From: Arthrobacter phage Sonali
Length of the DNA: 32,000 nucleotides
Sequence record: MK411746.1
Direction: 5' to 3' (one strand)
Shown in pieces: positions 24,410 to 31,998 of the stretch. The position numbers and the translations under genes are program-made. Below the pieces are notes generated by a model. It saw only the letters and a list, made by a program, of their open reading frames with translations. It was not told the DNA's origin and ran no database searches. The stretch's first letter is position 1. Each line of letters starts with the position of its first letter.

Positions 24410-24999
24410 GCAAGGTAGACCACCAGCTCGCCGTCGAGTACGTCCCGATCGCCAACCTCTCGACCTACCCTGGCAACGCCCGCCTCGGCGACGTCGATGC
24501 CATCACCGAGTCGATGGACGAGAACGGCATCTTTGCCCCCATCGTCGTCCAGCGCTCCACCGGCTATGTCATCGACGGCAACCACCGCTACCTGGCGATG
24601 CAGGAACGCGGGGACGAGCTCGCCCCGGTCATCTACGTCGAGGTCGATGACGAGCGGGCCAAGCGGATCGTCCTGGCAGCCAACCGCACGAACGACCTGG
24701 CCACCTACGACGAACAGCTCCTCGTCGAGCTCCTGCAGGACCTCCCCGACCTCTCCGGCACCGGCTACTCCGACGACGACCTCTCCGACCTCCTGGACGC
24801 CATCAAGCCGCCGGACTCCCTGGAGGACCTGGAGGACGAGTTCGGGGAGCCCGAGGAGACCGACCTGTGGCCCAAGGTCATCGTCCAGGTCCCGCACGAC
24901 GTGAAAGCCCTCTGGGAGGCTGCGATGGGCGCGGATGACCTGAACCATCTCCCCGAGCACGAACGGCTCCGCACGATCCTCCAGCGGGCCGCGCAGTGA
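24406..24999 (+). CDS. ParB-like nuclease/ParB N-terminal domain protein (197 aa)
   Basis: VEYVPIANLSTYPGNAR...AITESMDENGIFAPIVVQRSTGYVIDGNHRYLAMQERG. Confidence 0.88.
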   Translation: MSKVDHQLAVEYVPIANLSTYPGNARLGDVDAITESMDENGIFAPIVVQRSTGYVIDGNHRYLAMQERGDELAPVIYVEVDDERAKRIVLAANRTNDLATYDEQLLVELLQDLPDLSGTGYSDDDLSDLLDAIKPPDSLEDLEDEFGEPEETDLWPKVIVQVPHDVKALWEAAMGADDLNHLPEHERLRTILQRAAQ

Positions 25000-25886
25000 C
25001 CTACTGGCCTGACCGTCCCCGCATCCTCCTCTCCTACGCCTACCTGTCCGGGCCCCTGGACCAGGTCTCGAGTAGGGATGTCTCCAACGTGGACTTCCTC
25101 ATCGACTCCGGCGCCTTCACCGCCTGGTCCCTCGGCAAGCAGGTCAACATCGGCGAGTACATGGACTGGCTCGTGGCCAACCGGAAGCTCATCAACCACG
25201 CCGCGGCCCTGGACGTCATCGGCGACTGGCGCGGCTCCGCGGTGAACTTCGACAAGATGCAGTCAGCCATCGGCGACAAGGTGGACATCATCCCCGCCTG
25301 GCACCTCGGCTCGCCCCTGGACGAGCTCCACCGCCTCTGCCGTGAGAACCCCTACATCGCCATCGGCGGGTGCGTCCCCTACGCCAAGACCCCCAAGCTC
25401 CTCATGCGCCACCTGGTCCAGGCCCACAAGGTCGCCAGGGAGCACGGCACCGGCCTCCACGGGCTCGGGATCACCGGCAAGGTCACCATGACCAGCCTGC
25501 CCTGGAAGTCCACGGACTCCTCCTCCTGGGTCGGCGGCCACCGCTTCGGTCAGATCGGCGTCTCCGACCGGCGCGGCCAGACCGTGGACCTCCCGTTCGG
25601 GCGCAAGCTCACCCGGGAAGCGACCGCCCTGGTCCGGACCTACGGCGGAGCCCCGGAACGGTTCCAGGACAAGAACTTTGCGCTCATCGGCAAGGCCGGG
25701 AAGGCGCAGGGAACGGCGGACCGGACGTGGCTGGCCCACGCCGCGGCCCGCAGCATCATGCACCAGGAGGGCGTCCTCCGAGCCAGGCACGGGACCGAGT
25801 TCAACTGCTACCTGGCCTCCTCGCCTGGCCACTACAACGACTACATCATCGACGGGCACGCCCTCGGCTCCCCGTTCGCCCGCTAG
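24996..25886 (+). CDS. dpdA: DpdA-like DNA-guanine transglycosylase (TGT superfamily)
   Basis: FLIDSGAFTAWSLGK, AALDVIGDWRGSAVNFDKM, IIPAWHLGSPLDELHRLC, YIAIGGCVPYAKTPK, LHGLGITGKVTMTSLPWKSTDSSSWVGGHRFG; sits directly upstream of the preQ0 genes. Confidence 0.8.
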   Translation: MTYWPDRPRILLSYAYLSGPLDQVSSRDVSNVDFLIDSGAFTAWSLGKQVNIGEYMDWLVANRKLINHAAALDVIGDWRGSAVNFDKMQSAIGDKVDIIPAWHLGSPLDELHRLCRENPYIAIGGCVPYAKTPKLLMRHLVQAHKVAREHGTGLHGLGITGKVTMTSLPWKSTDSSSWVGGHRFGQIGVSDRRGQTVDLPFGRKLTREATALVRTYGGAPERFQDKNFALIGKAGKAQGTADRTWLAHAAARSIMHQEGVLRARHGTEFNCYLASSPGHYNDYIIDGHALGSPFAR

Positions 25887-25908
25887 ACCCGACAACCCAA
25901 GGAAACTG

Positions 25909-26604
25909 ATGACAAACCAGCTCACCCCCAGGCCCAAGCAGGTCGTCCTGCTCTCCGGCGGCATGGACTCCACCGCCCTCCTCGCCCTGGCTTACTCCCG
26001 GGGCGATGTCCTCGGGGCCCTCTCGGTCAACTACGGCCAGCGCCACGTCAAGGAGCTCGACGCCGCCAGGGCCATCGCCGACCACTACGGGGTCCCTCAC
26101 CTGGTCCTGGACATGACCTCCTGGGGCTCCCTGCTCTCCGGCTCCGCCCTCACCGACCCCGAGGTGGAGGTCCCCGAGGGCCACTACGCCGCCCCCAACA
26201 TGGCCATCACCGTCGTCCCCAACCGCAACGCCACGATGCTCATGGCCGCCGCCGGGGTCGCCGAGTCCCTGGGAGCCGAGGTCGTCCTCACCGCCGTCCA
26301 CGCCGGGGACCATGCCGTCTACCCTGACTGCCGCCCCGAGTTCATCGCCGCCGCCTCCCTGGCTGCCCGCCTGGGCACCGGCGGCAAGGTCTCCATCGAC
26401 GCCCCGTTCGTCGGGATCAGCAAGACCGACATCGCCAACGTCGGCGCCACCCTCCGGGCCCCGTTCGAGCTGACCTGGTCCTGCTACAAGGGCGGGGAGA
26501 ACCACTGCGGAGCCTGCGGGACCTGCGTGGAGCGCCGGGAAGCCTTCACCGACTCCGGGGTCACCGATCCCACCATCTACGACACCCCCAAGGACGCCGC
26601 ATGA
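25909..26604 (+). CDS. queC: 7-cyano-7-deazaguanine synthase QueC
   Basis: PP-loop VVLLSGGMDSTALLALA, zinc-site CYKGGENHCGACGTCVERREAF. Confidence 0.96.
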   Translation: MTNQLTPRPKQVVLLSGGMDSTALLALAYSRGDVLGALSVNYGQRHVKELDAARAIADHYGVPHLVLDMTSWGSLLSGSALTDPEVEVPEGHYAAPNMAITVVPNRNATMLMAAAGVAESLGAEVVLTAVHAGDHAVYPDCRPEFIAAASLAARLGTGGKVSIDAPFVGISKTDIANVGATLRAPFELTWSCYKGGENHCGACGTCVERREAFTDSGVTDPTIYDTPKDAA

Positions 26605-27002
26605 CCCTCGCCGCCATCAGCAAGGACTTCCAGTTCTCCGCCTCCCACCAGCTCGAAGGGCTCCCCTCGGACCATCCCTGCTCCCGCCTCCACGGCCACA
26701 ACTACACCGTGAAGCTGGTCCTGGAGGGCGAGGTTGACCCCATCGGCTTCGTCGTGGACTACCGCCGCCTGGGCGCGTTCAAGGACTACCTGGACGAGAA
26801 GTTCGACCACCGCCACCTCAACGACTTCTTCCCTGGCAACCCGACCGCCGAGCGCATGGCGGACTTCCTGGCGGACAAGGCCGTGGACCTCCTGGGCTCC
26901 CTGGGCGTGACCAACGTCTACTCCCTGGCGGTCTCCGTGTCCGAGACTCCCAAGACCTGGGCGACCGTGTCCCGCCACCTGCACATCGAGAGGAACCTGT
27001 GA
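26601..27002 (+). CDS. queD: 6-carboxytetrahydropterin synthase QueD
   Basis: FSASHQLEGLPSDHPCSRLHGHNYTVKLVLEG, DYRRLGAFKDYLDEKFDHRHLND, ETPKTWATV. Confidence 0.95.
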   Translation: MTLAAISKDFQFSASHQLEGLPSDHPCSRLHGHNYTVKLVLEGEVDPIGFVVDYRRLGAFKDYLDEKFDHRHLNDFFPGNPTAERMADFLADKAVDLLGSLGVTNVYSLAVSVSETPKTWATVSRHLHIERNL

Positions 27003-27754
27003 GCCCCACGACCGTCCTGAACCTCAGCCAGGCGAAGCCCGATGCCCCATCACACACGCGCCTTCCGTTTGTGGAGGCTTTCGGTCCTACACTCCAGGGC
27101 GAGGGTCCTGCGGCGGGGCGCCTGGCATCATTCATCCGGCTCGGAGGATGCAACCTGGCTTGCTCCTGGTGTGACAGCCCCTATACCTGGGATGCCAGCC
27201 GCTTTGACCTCCGTAAGGAAATCGAGGTCATCGACTTCCAGGAAGCCGTCGATCGCATCCCCGACGCCCCCATCGTCGTCATCACCGGCGGGGAGCCCCT
27301 GATGTCCCAGCGGACCCGCGCCTGGCCCCTGTTCCTCCAGGCACTCCGGGCCAGGTTCCGGGAAATTCACGTCGAGACCAACGGCACCATCGTCCCCAAC
27401 CAGGTCACCCTGGCGGGCGTGGACAAGTTCATCGTCTCCCCGAAGCAGCCCCACGCCGGGGTCCACAAAAAGGGCCAGAACCCCGCCCTGGCGCTCGGCT
27501 GGGGCCCTCTCCACGATCACTTCGAGGCCCACCTCAAGGTCGTCGTCGAGGACGCCGAGGGAGTCGCCGCCGCGGCTGACCTGGCCGATAACCACCACTG
27601 GCCCAAGGAACGGGTCTGGGTCATGCCCGAGGGGACCACCGCCGAGGTCCTGGCATCCCGCTTCCCGGAGGTCGCCACCGCGGCCACCCATCACCACATC
27701 AACTGCTCCCACCGCCTGCACGTGCTGGCCTGGACCGACGCAAGGGGTCACTAA
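26999..27754 (+). CDS. queE: 7-carboxy-7-deazaguanine synthase QueE (radical SAM)
   Basis: GPTLQGEGPAAGRLASFIRLGGCNLACSWCDSPYTWD (CxxxCxxC), VVITGGEPL, VETNGT. Confidence 0.95.
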   Translation: MSPTTVLNLSQAKPDAPSHTRLPFVEAFGPTLQGEGPAAGRLASFIRLGGCNLACSWCDSPYTWDASRFDLRKEIEVIDFQEAVDRIPDAPIVVITGGEPLMSQRTRAWPLFLQALRARFREIHVETNGTIVPNQVTLAGVDKFIVSPKQPHAGVHKKGQNPALALGWGPLHDHFEAHLKVVVEDAEGVAAAADLADNHHWPKERVWVMPEGTTAEVLASRFPEVATAATHHHINCSHRLHVLAWTDARGH

Positions 27755-28422
27755 TGCCCAACCCGTTCATCACCGACCGCGCCCTGGCCCTGGTGCCCGC
27801 CCTCCCCGCGGAGGACCCGGCCTACATCCAGAACCTCCCTCCGCTCCACAGCGGCGAGGAGGACCCGGTCGAGTCCGCCGTCGCCTCCCTGCTGTACGCC
27901 CTCGGGATCGACGAGGGCGACCATACGGCGGAGACCCCCAAGCGGGTCGCGAAAGCCTGGCGGGCCCAGCTCGCGGGCTATGAGGAGGACCCTGCGAAGC
28001 ACCTGGACAAGCAGTTCAGCGCCCCGGCCCGGCCTGGCCTGGTCGCCGTCCACGGCATCCGCTTCGCCTCCACCTGCGCCCACCACCTGCTCCCGATCAC
28101 GGGGACGGCCTCCATCGCCTACCGCGCCCAGGACGGCGGCGACGTCGTCGGGCTTTCCAAGCTCGCGCGGGTCCTGGAGGGCTATGCCAGGCGGCTCCAG
28201 GTCCAGGAGCGCATCGGCTCCCAGGTCGTCGAGGCCATCGCCGAGAAGCTGGCCCCCGTCGGAGCCGTCGTGGTCCTGACCGCCGAGCATGGCTGCATGA
28301 CCGTCCGGGGCGTCTCCCAGCCTGGCGCGGCCACCACGACCATCGCCACCGCGGGAGCCTGGGACGAGTACCACCCGGACGTCCAGAACACCCTGGCGGT
28401 CCATCACAACAACCTCCGCTAG
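27754..28422 (+). CDS. folE: GTP cyclohydrolase I FolE
   Basis: STCAHHLLPITGTASIAYRAQ...VVGLSKLARVLEGYARRLQVQERIGSQV, AEHGCMTVRGV. Confidence 0.95.
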   Translation: MPNPFITDRALALVPALPAEDPAYIQNLPPLHSGEEDPVESAVASLLYALGIDEGDHTAETPKRVAKAWRAQLAGYEEDPAKHLDKQFSAPARPGLVAVHGIRFASTCAHHLLPITGTASIAYRAQDGGDVVGLSKLARVLEGYARRLQVQERIGSQVVEAIAEKLAPVGAVVVLTAEHGCMTVRGVSQPGAATTTIATAGAWDEYHPDVQNTLAVHHNNLR

Positions 28423-28433
28423 AAGCCGTTCTA

Positions 28434-28489
28434 AGGCCCTAACGGAAAGCGCCCCGCCCTCCAGGTCGGAGGACGGGGCGCCAGGGCCT
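28434..28489. terminator. Composite nested terminator between convergent transcripts
   Basis: Outer AGGCCCT/AGGGCCT, inner GCGCCCCG-C-CCTCC-AGGTC-GGAGG-A-CGGGGCGC. Confidence 0.75.
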
Positions 28490-28649
28490 AATCGGGGCGG
28501 TTCTGCTGGTCTCGCTGGGCTTCATGCCAGGGGCACCAGTAGCCCCTGGACGTATCGGTGGTGTATCCACGGTTCCGGCACTGCTTGCCATCCTTGCGGA
28601 CGCCGCAGCAACCCATCACCCCGCCGACCCACATGCCATAGAGGATCAC
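28488..28649 (-). CDS. Small Cys-rich zinc-finger-like protein (53 aa)
   Basis: VILYGMWVGGVMGCCGVRKDGKQCRNRGYTTDTSRGYWCPWHEAQRDQQNRPD; GTGA overlap with the upstream HTH gene; not in the ORF track. Confidence 0.6.
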   Translation of the reverse strand: MILYGMWVGGVMGCCGVRKDGKQCRNRGYTTDTSRGYWCPWHEAQRDQQNRPD

Positions 28650-28891
28650 CGCCGCTTGGTCCCTCCGCCAGCTCCCCGCCCTGGCCGTTTCTTGAGCCAG
28701 GCTTCAATCGTGCGGGCTTCCCAGGCCGGAGACTTCCCGATCGTGAAGTCCGGCTCCGGCAGGTCCCCAGGCCGAGGGGCACCCGCGGCGCGGTGGGCCC
28801 GAGCCTTGGCCAGGTACGTCCGCACGGCGCGGATGTCCACGCCGATACGTTCCGCTACCTCCTGGTAGCCCATCAACTTAGGTTTAGACAT
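28646..28891 (-). CDS. HTH DNA-binding protein (81 aa), similar to the 1076..1291 product
   Basis: LMGYQEVAERIGVDIRAVRTYLAKARA...GDLPEPDFTIGKSPAWEARTIEAWLKKRPGRG. Start could be a few codons upstream. Confidence 0.7.
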   Translation of the reverse strand: MSKPKLMGYQEVAERIGVDIRAVRTYLAKARAHRAAGAPRPGDLPEPDFTIGKSPAWEARTIEAWLKKRPGRGAGGGTKRR

Positions 28892-28954
28892 AACACCAAT
28901 CATAGCCACCCCCAACGACGCGGGCGGCGCCCCGGAGGACGCCGCCCTGGCTTA

Positions 28955-29950
28955 CTAGACCGAGAGGAGCTGGAACGCCTTGGTCTTGACCTCGATGCCC
29001 TTCTCGCCCAGGGCCCGGGTCGCCCTGGCGAACTGCTGGTCGCCCTTGGTCCGGACCGGGGCGAAGAAGTCCACGTACTCCGTCACGGCCTGGTAGGCGC
29101 CCCAGCGGGTCCCCTTGATGTTCTGCAGGGTGTCGGAGTCGTGGAACAAGCCCATCAGGTCAGCGTGGGTCTGGAGCATCTTGTTCGCCGACGCCGTCGC
29201 CTGCTTCTCCGGCTCGACCTTGCCGAACACCCGGTCGATGATCTTGTCGAACTCGGCGTCCGTGATGGACTCCTGGATCATCTTCTCGGCCTCCTCCTGG
29301 AAGCCGTCGATGTACTTGAACGTGAGCCCCAGGGCCTCGCGGGCGACCTGCATGGCCTGGGCATAGTTCTTGGTGTGACGGACCGAGAACGACGAGTAGG
29401 CGTTAGCGATGGCCGCGGCCTGGGTGTTGGCGCAGACGATCCGGACCGGGGTCGTGATGAGCTTGAACGCCCCGCGCCCGTCGTGGCGGTTGCACCCGGC
29501 CAGGTAGACCTCGACCGGGTCAATGTCGCCGATCATCATGTGCTGCGGGAGCTTCATCGTGACGAACACCTCCTTGCCTTCCCGGAGGGAGCCCGCGGTC
29601 TCGAAGTGGGCCCCGGACTCATCGACGAGAGCGTTCAGCAGCTCGGCGTGCTCCTCGTTCTGGATCGGCGTGTAGGACCCGCCGACCGGGCCGAGGTAGT
29701 CAACCTGGCCGTCGATGAACGGGTTGTCCCGGACGACCCCGTAGGCGTTCCCGGTCTGCAGGACCCGACCGTCGGGCAGGTGGACCATCATGGGCTCGGT
29801 CCGGACCTTCCAGCCCGCCAGGTGGGCCTTCTCCATTGCGTCCTCGGCGGTCATCGCGTCGTCGGTGACGGTGCCGAGCTTGTGCCAGGCGTGCTCGCGG
29901 GCGGAAACGAAAGCTGCCTTGTCGCCGTAGGTTTCGATGAGGTCTGCCAT
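28955..29950 (-). CDS. DUF932 / phage-plasmid-like (TIGR03299-type) protein
   Basis: AWHKLGTVTDDAMTAEDAMEKA...GSYTPIQNEEHAELLNALVDESGAHFETAGSLREGKEVFVTMKLP...TTPVRIVCANTQAAAI. Confidence 0.88.
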   Translation of the reverse strand: MADLIETYGDKAAFVSAREHAWHKLGTVTDDAMTAEDAMEKAHLAGWKVRTEPMMVHLPDGRVLQTGNAYGVVRDNPFIDGQVDYLGPVGGSYTPIQNEEHAELLNALVDESGAHFETAGSLREGKEVFVTMKLPQHMMIGDIDPVEVYLAGCNRHDGRGAFKLITTPVRIVCANTQAAAIANAYSSFSVRHTKNYAQAMQVAREALGLTFKYIDGFQEEAEKMIQESITDAEFDKIIDRVFGKVEPEKQATASANKMLQTHADLMGLFHDSDTLQNIKGTRWGAYQAVTEYVDFFAPVRTKGDQQFARATRALGEKGIEVKTKAFQLLSV

Positions 29951-30022
29951 TGTCTTGCTCCTTGCTTGAGGTGGTTGGTGGTTGGTGGGGCGGGGACCTT
30001 GCGGCCCCCGCCAGGGTTGGTC

Positions 30023-30283
30023 TTAGGCGAAGTCGCGGATCGCCGTGAGCCACATCTCCAGGGTCGCGTCGTCGCAGGCTTCGAGCTCGGCGGCCTTGTA
30101 GACGTTGCGGGCCAGCTTGTTCCGGCCCTTGACCGTGATGTGGACCTCGTCGCGGATCGCCAGGACGGTGATGGCCCGTTCCTCGGTGTCGTGGCGGAAC
30201 TCGACGTCCTGGGTCGGGGTGATCGCCGCGGCGAAGCCGACCTCGACGAGGTTGGCCTGGACCTTGATGCTGAGCTGTTCCAT
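30023..30283 (-). CDS. Small hypothetical protein (86 aa)
   Basis: CACCAACCAAGGAG leader plus conserved upstream box. Confidence 0.75.
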   Translation of the reverse strand: MEQLSIKVQANLVEVGFAAAITPTQDVEFRHDTEERAITVLAIRDEVHITVKGRNKLARNVYKAAELEACDDATLEMWLTAIRDFA

Positions 30284-30314
30284 CGTGTCTCCTTGGTTGG
30301 TGTCTTGCTGACCT

Positions 30315-30344
30315 CATAAGTGTAACGCGATTAGACCTAAGTCC
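30315..30344 (-). promoter_or_regulatory. Conserved promoter/operator-like box, instance 5
   Basis: Minus strand GGACTTAGGTCTAATCGCGTTACACTTATG; 34 nt before the ATG at 30283. Confidence 0.75.
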
Positions 30345-30356
30345 ACACCTCGAACC

Positions 30357-30569
30357 CTATGACTCCCGGAACGAGCTCGGCCTGGCGCAGGTCAGGACCT
30401 CCTCCCACCCCTCCAGGTCCACCACGGCCCGGACCAGGCGCTCCCCGGACGGGTTCACCGGGCTCGCCAGGCAGCGATTGCAGCGGCAGTCCTCCATCCA
30501 CTTCACGACCGCCCCGTGAGCCTCCTGGAGGCCGCCGCGGTAGACCAGACCCTCGCCCCGGCGGCTCAC
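30357..30569 (-). CDS. Small hypothetical protein (70 aa)
   Basis: DCRCNRCLASP; ATGA overlap with the upstream gene. Confidence 0.55.
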   Translation of the reverse strand: MSRRGEGLVYRGGLQEAHGAVVKWMEDCRCNRCLASPVNPSGERLVRAVVDLEGWEEVLTCARPSSFRES

Positions 30570-30817
30570 GCCCGCGCCTCCTCGACCTTGCCGCCGACCC
30601 AGCGGATGACCATGTCCGCGAGCTGGGCCACCGTCATCGTGGCGACGTGCGGGCCATAGAGCTCCCGGCCCTCGACCCCGCTCGCGTCGTCGATATAGCG
30701 GGCGATGAGCCAGCCGTCCTCATCGAAGTAGACGAACGCGACGGCGACATCGGGGAGGGCGGCCTCCAGGCGGCGCGTGACGCGCCTGGCCTTGAGTTTC
30801 TGGGACTTGGTGGCCAC
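30566..30817 (-). CDS. Small hypothetical protein (83 aa)
   Basis: GTG start with AAGGAGCCCATC leader. Confidence 0.65.
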   Translation of the reverse strand: MATKSQKLKARRVTRRLEAALPDVAVAFVYFDEDGWLIARYIDDASGVEGRELYGPHVATMTVAQLADMVIRWVGGKVEEARA

Positions 30818-30841
30818 GATGGGCTCCTTTCGGGGGGTGGG

Positions 30842-31096
30842 TTAGTCGTTGGGGTAGATGCCGAGGGCGAAGGAGCTGTAGGGCTCCAGGAACGTGCCGG
30901 GGACGATCTGGCCGACCTCCAGGGCCCACTCGAACGGGCCGCCCTCCCAGACGAGCATCCAATGGTCGGTGCCGCCGTAGTTGTCGCCCGGCTTCTGGAG
31001 GTAAATCTCCTGCTCCTCACGTCCCCGGACGTAGTACTTGTTGATGATGGCCTGGCGGACGTTCTCGGCCTTGGTCTTGCTGACGGGCTTGCTCAT
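30842..31096 (-). CDS. Small hypothetical protein (84 aa)
   Basis: AAGGAGCCCATC-ATG leader. Confidence 0.7.
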   Translation of the reverse strand: MSKPVSKTKAENVRQAIINKYYVRGREEQEIYLQKPGDNYGGTDHWMLVWEGGPFEWALEVGQIVPGTFLEPYSSFALGIYPND

Positions 31097-31154
31097 GATG
31101 GGCTCCTTGCCTGGCGGCCCCCGCAGGGGCCGCCGTTGGTTGATGGTTGGTTGA

Positions 31155-31937
31155 CTACTTGACCAGGGAAGCCTTGGACGGGCGCTTGGCGAAGGCGAAA
31201 GACTCGTCCCGGTCGGAGACCTCCAGGGTCGCCGTGAACTTCACCTGGCGACCGATGAACTCCTCGGCCTGGACGTTGTGATCCTCGTCGGCCTCAGCCT
31301 CCAGGGCGTCCCAGAGCTTCGCCGGGATCGTGGCCCAGACCTTGAAGCCACCCTCGCCCTTGACGATCATCTTCCAGGCGCCGCCGAAGTCGCTGTCCTG
31401 GTACTTGACGGACACAACCTCGCCGGTGACCTCCAGCTTGCCGGACGGGGCCGGAGCAGCTGCGTCCTTCTCGGCCTGGCGGGCTGCCTGGCGGTCCCGC
31501 TTCCGGGCGATGGTGGCGGCTGCAGCGGCGATCTGCTTCTCGGAGAGCTCGTAGTCGAACGCCTTGCCCCAGAGGTCGGTCAGGAAGTTGTTACCCTCCA
31601 TCTCCTCCCACCAGGCGGCCAGGACCGGGAACGCAGCCTCGGCGGCTTCCATCTGGGCGTTGTGGAACTCCTGGCGGGCGGCGACCTTGCGCTCGGCGGC
31701 GTTCCGGCGCTGGACCCGTCCCCGCTCGCGCTTGCGGGCGACCTCGGCGGTGACCCGCTCGCCCTTGGAGCCGTTGCACTTGAAGCAGATGCCGCCGAAC
31801 GTCGTGTGGTAGTGGTCCAGGCGACCCTCGCCGTCGCAGCGACCGCAGGCGATGAACACCATGTCGTCCTTGGCCTTGCCCGGGAACGGGTCGGCGTAGG
31901 TTTCGAGGTTGAGGGCGATGTTGATGTGGTTGCTCAT
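31155..31937 (-). CDS. Zinc-finger plus OB-fold-like protein (260 aa)
   Basis: CGRCDGEGRLDHYHTTFGGICFKCNGSKG (DnaJ-like CxxC pairs) plus C-terminal KLEVTGEVVSVKYQDSDFGGAWKMIVKGEGGFKVWATIP; ATG 31937. Confidence 0.75.
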   Translation of the reverse strand: MSNHINIALNLETYADPFPGKAKDDMVFIACGRCDGEGRLDHYHTTFGGICFKCNGSKGERVTAEVARKRERGRVQRRNAAERKVAARQEFHNAQMEAAEAAFPVLAAWWEEMEGNNFLTDLWGKAFDYELSEKQIAAAAATIARKRDRQAARQAEKDAAAPAPSGKLEVTGEVVSVKYQDSDFGGAWKMIVKGEGGFKVWATIPAKLWDALEAEADEDHNVQAEEFIGRQVKFTATLEVSDRDESFAFAKRPSKASLVK

Positions 31938-31976
31938 TGCCTGCTCCTTGGTTGGTGGCTGTTCCTTGCTGCTGAA

Positions 31977-31998
31977 ATAAGTGTAATGCCATTCAACC
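31977..31998 (-). promoter_or_regulatory. Conserved promoter/operator-like box, instance 6
   Basis: Minus strand GGTTGAATGGCATTACACTTAT; 41 nt before the ATG at 31937; upstream part cut by the window edge. Confidence 0.65.

Noticed and set aside
24996-28422. Cassette as a bacterial Dpd restriction-modification island or a plain host queuosine operon
   Set aside because: No DpdB-K-type restriction genes and no queF/tgt/queA are visible, and the context is clearly phage early genes; phage self-modification is the simpler reading.
28793-30319. 508-aa plus-strand ORF
   Set aside because: Antisense to the well-supported DUF932-like gene; composition typical of a shadow ORF.
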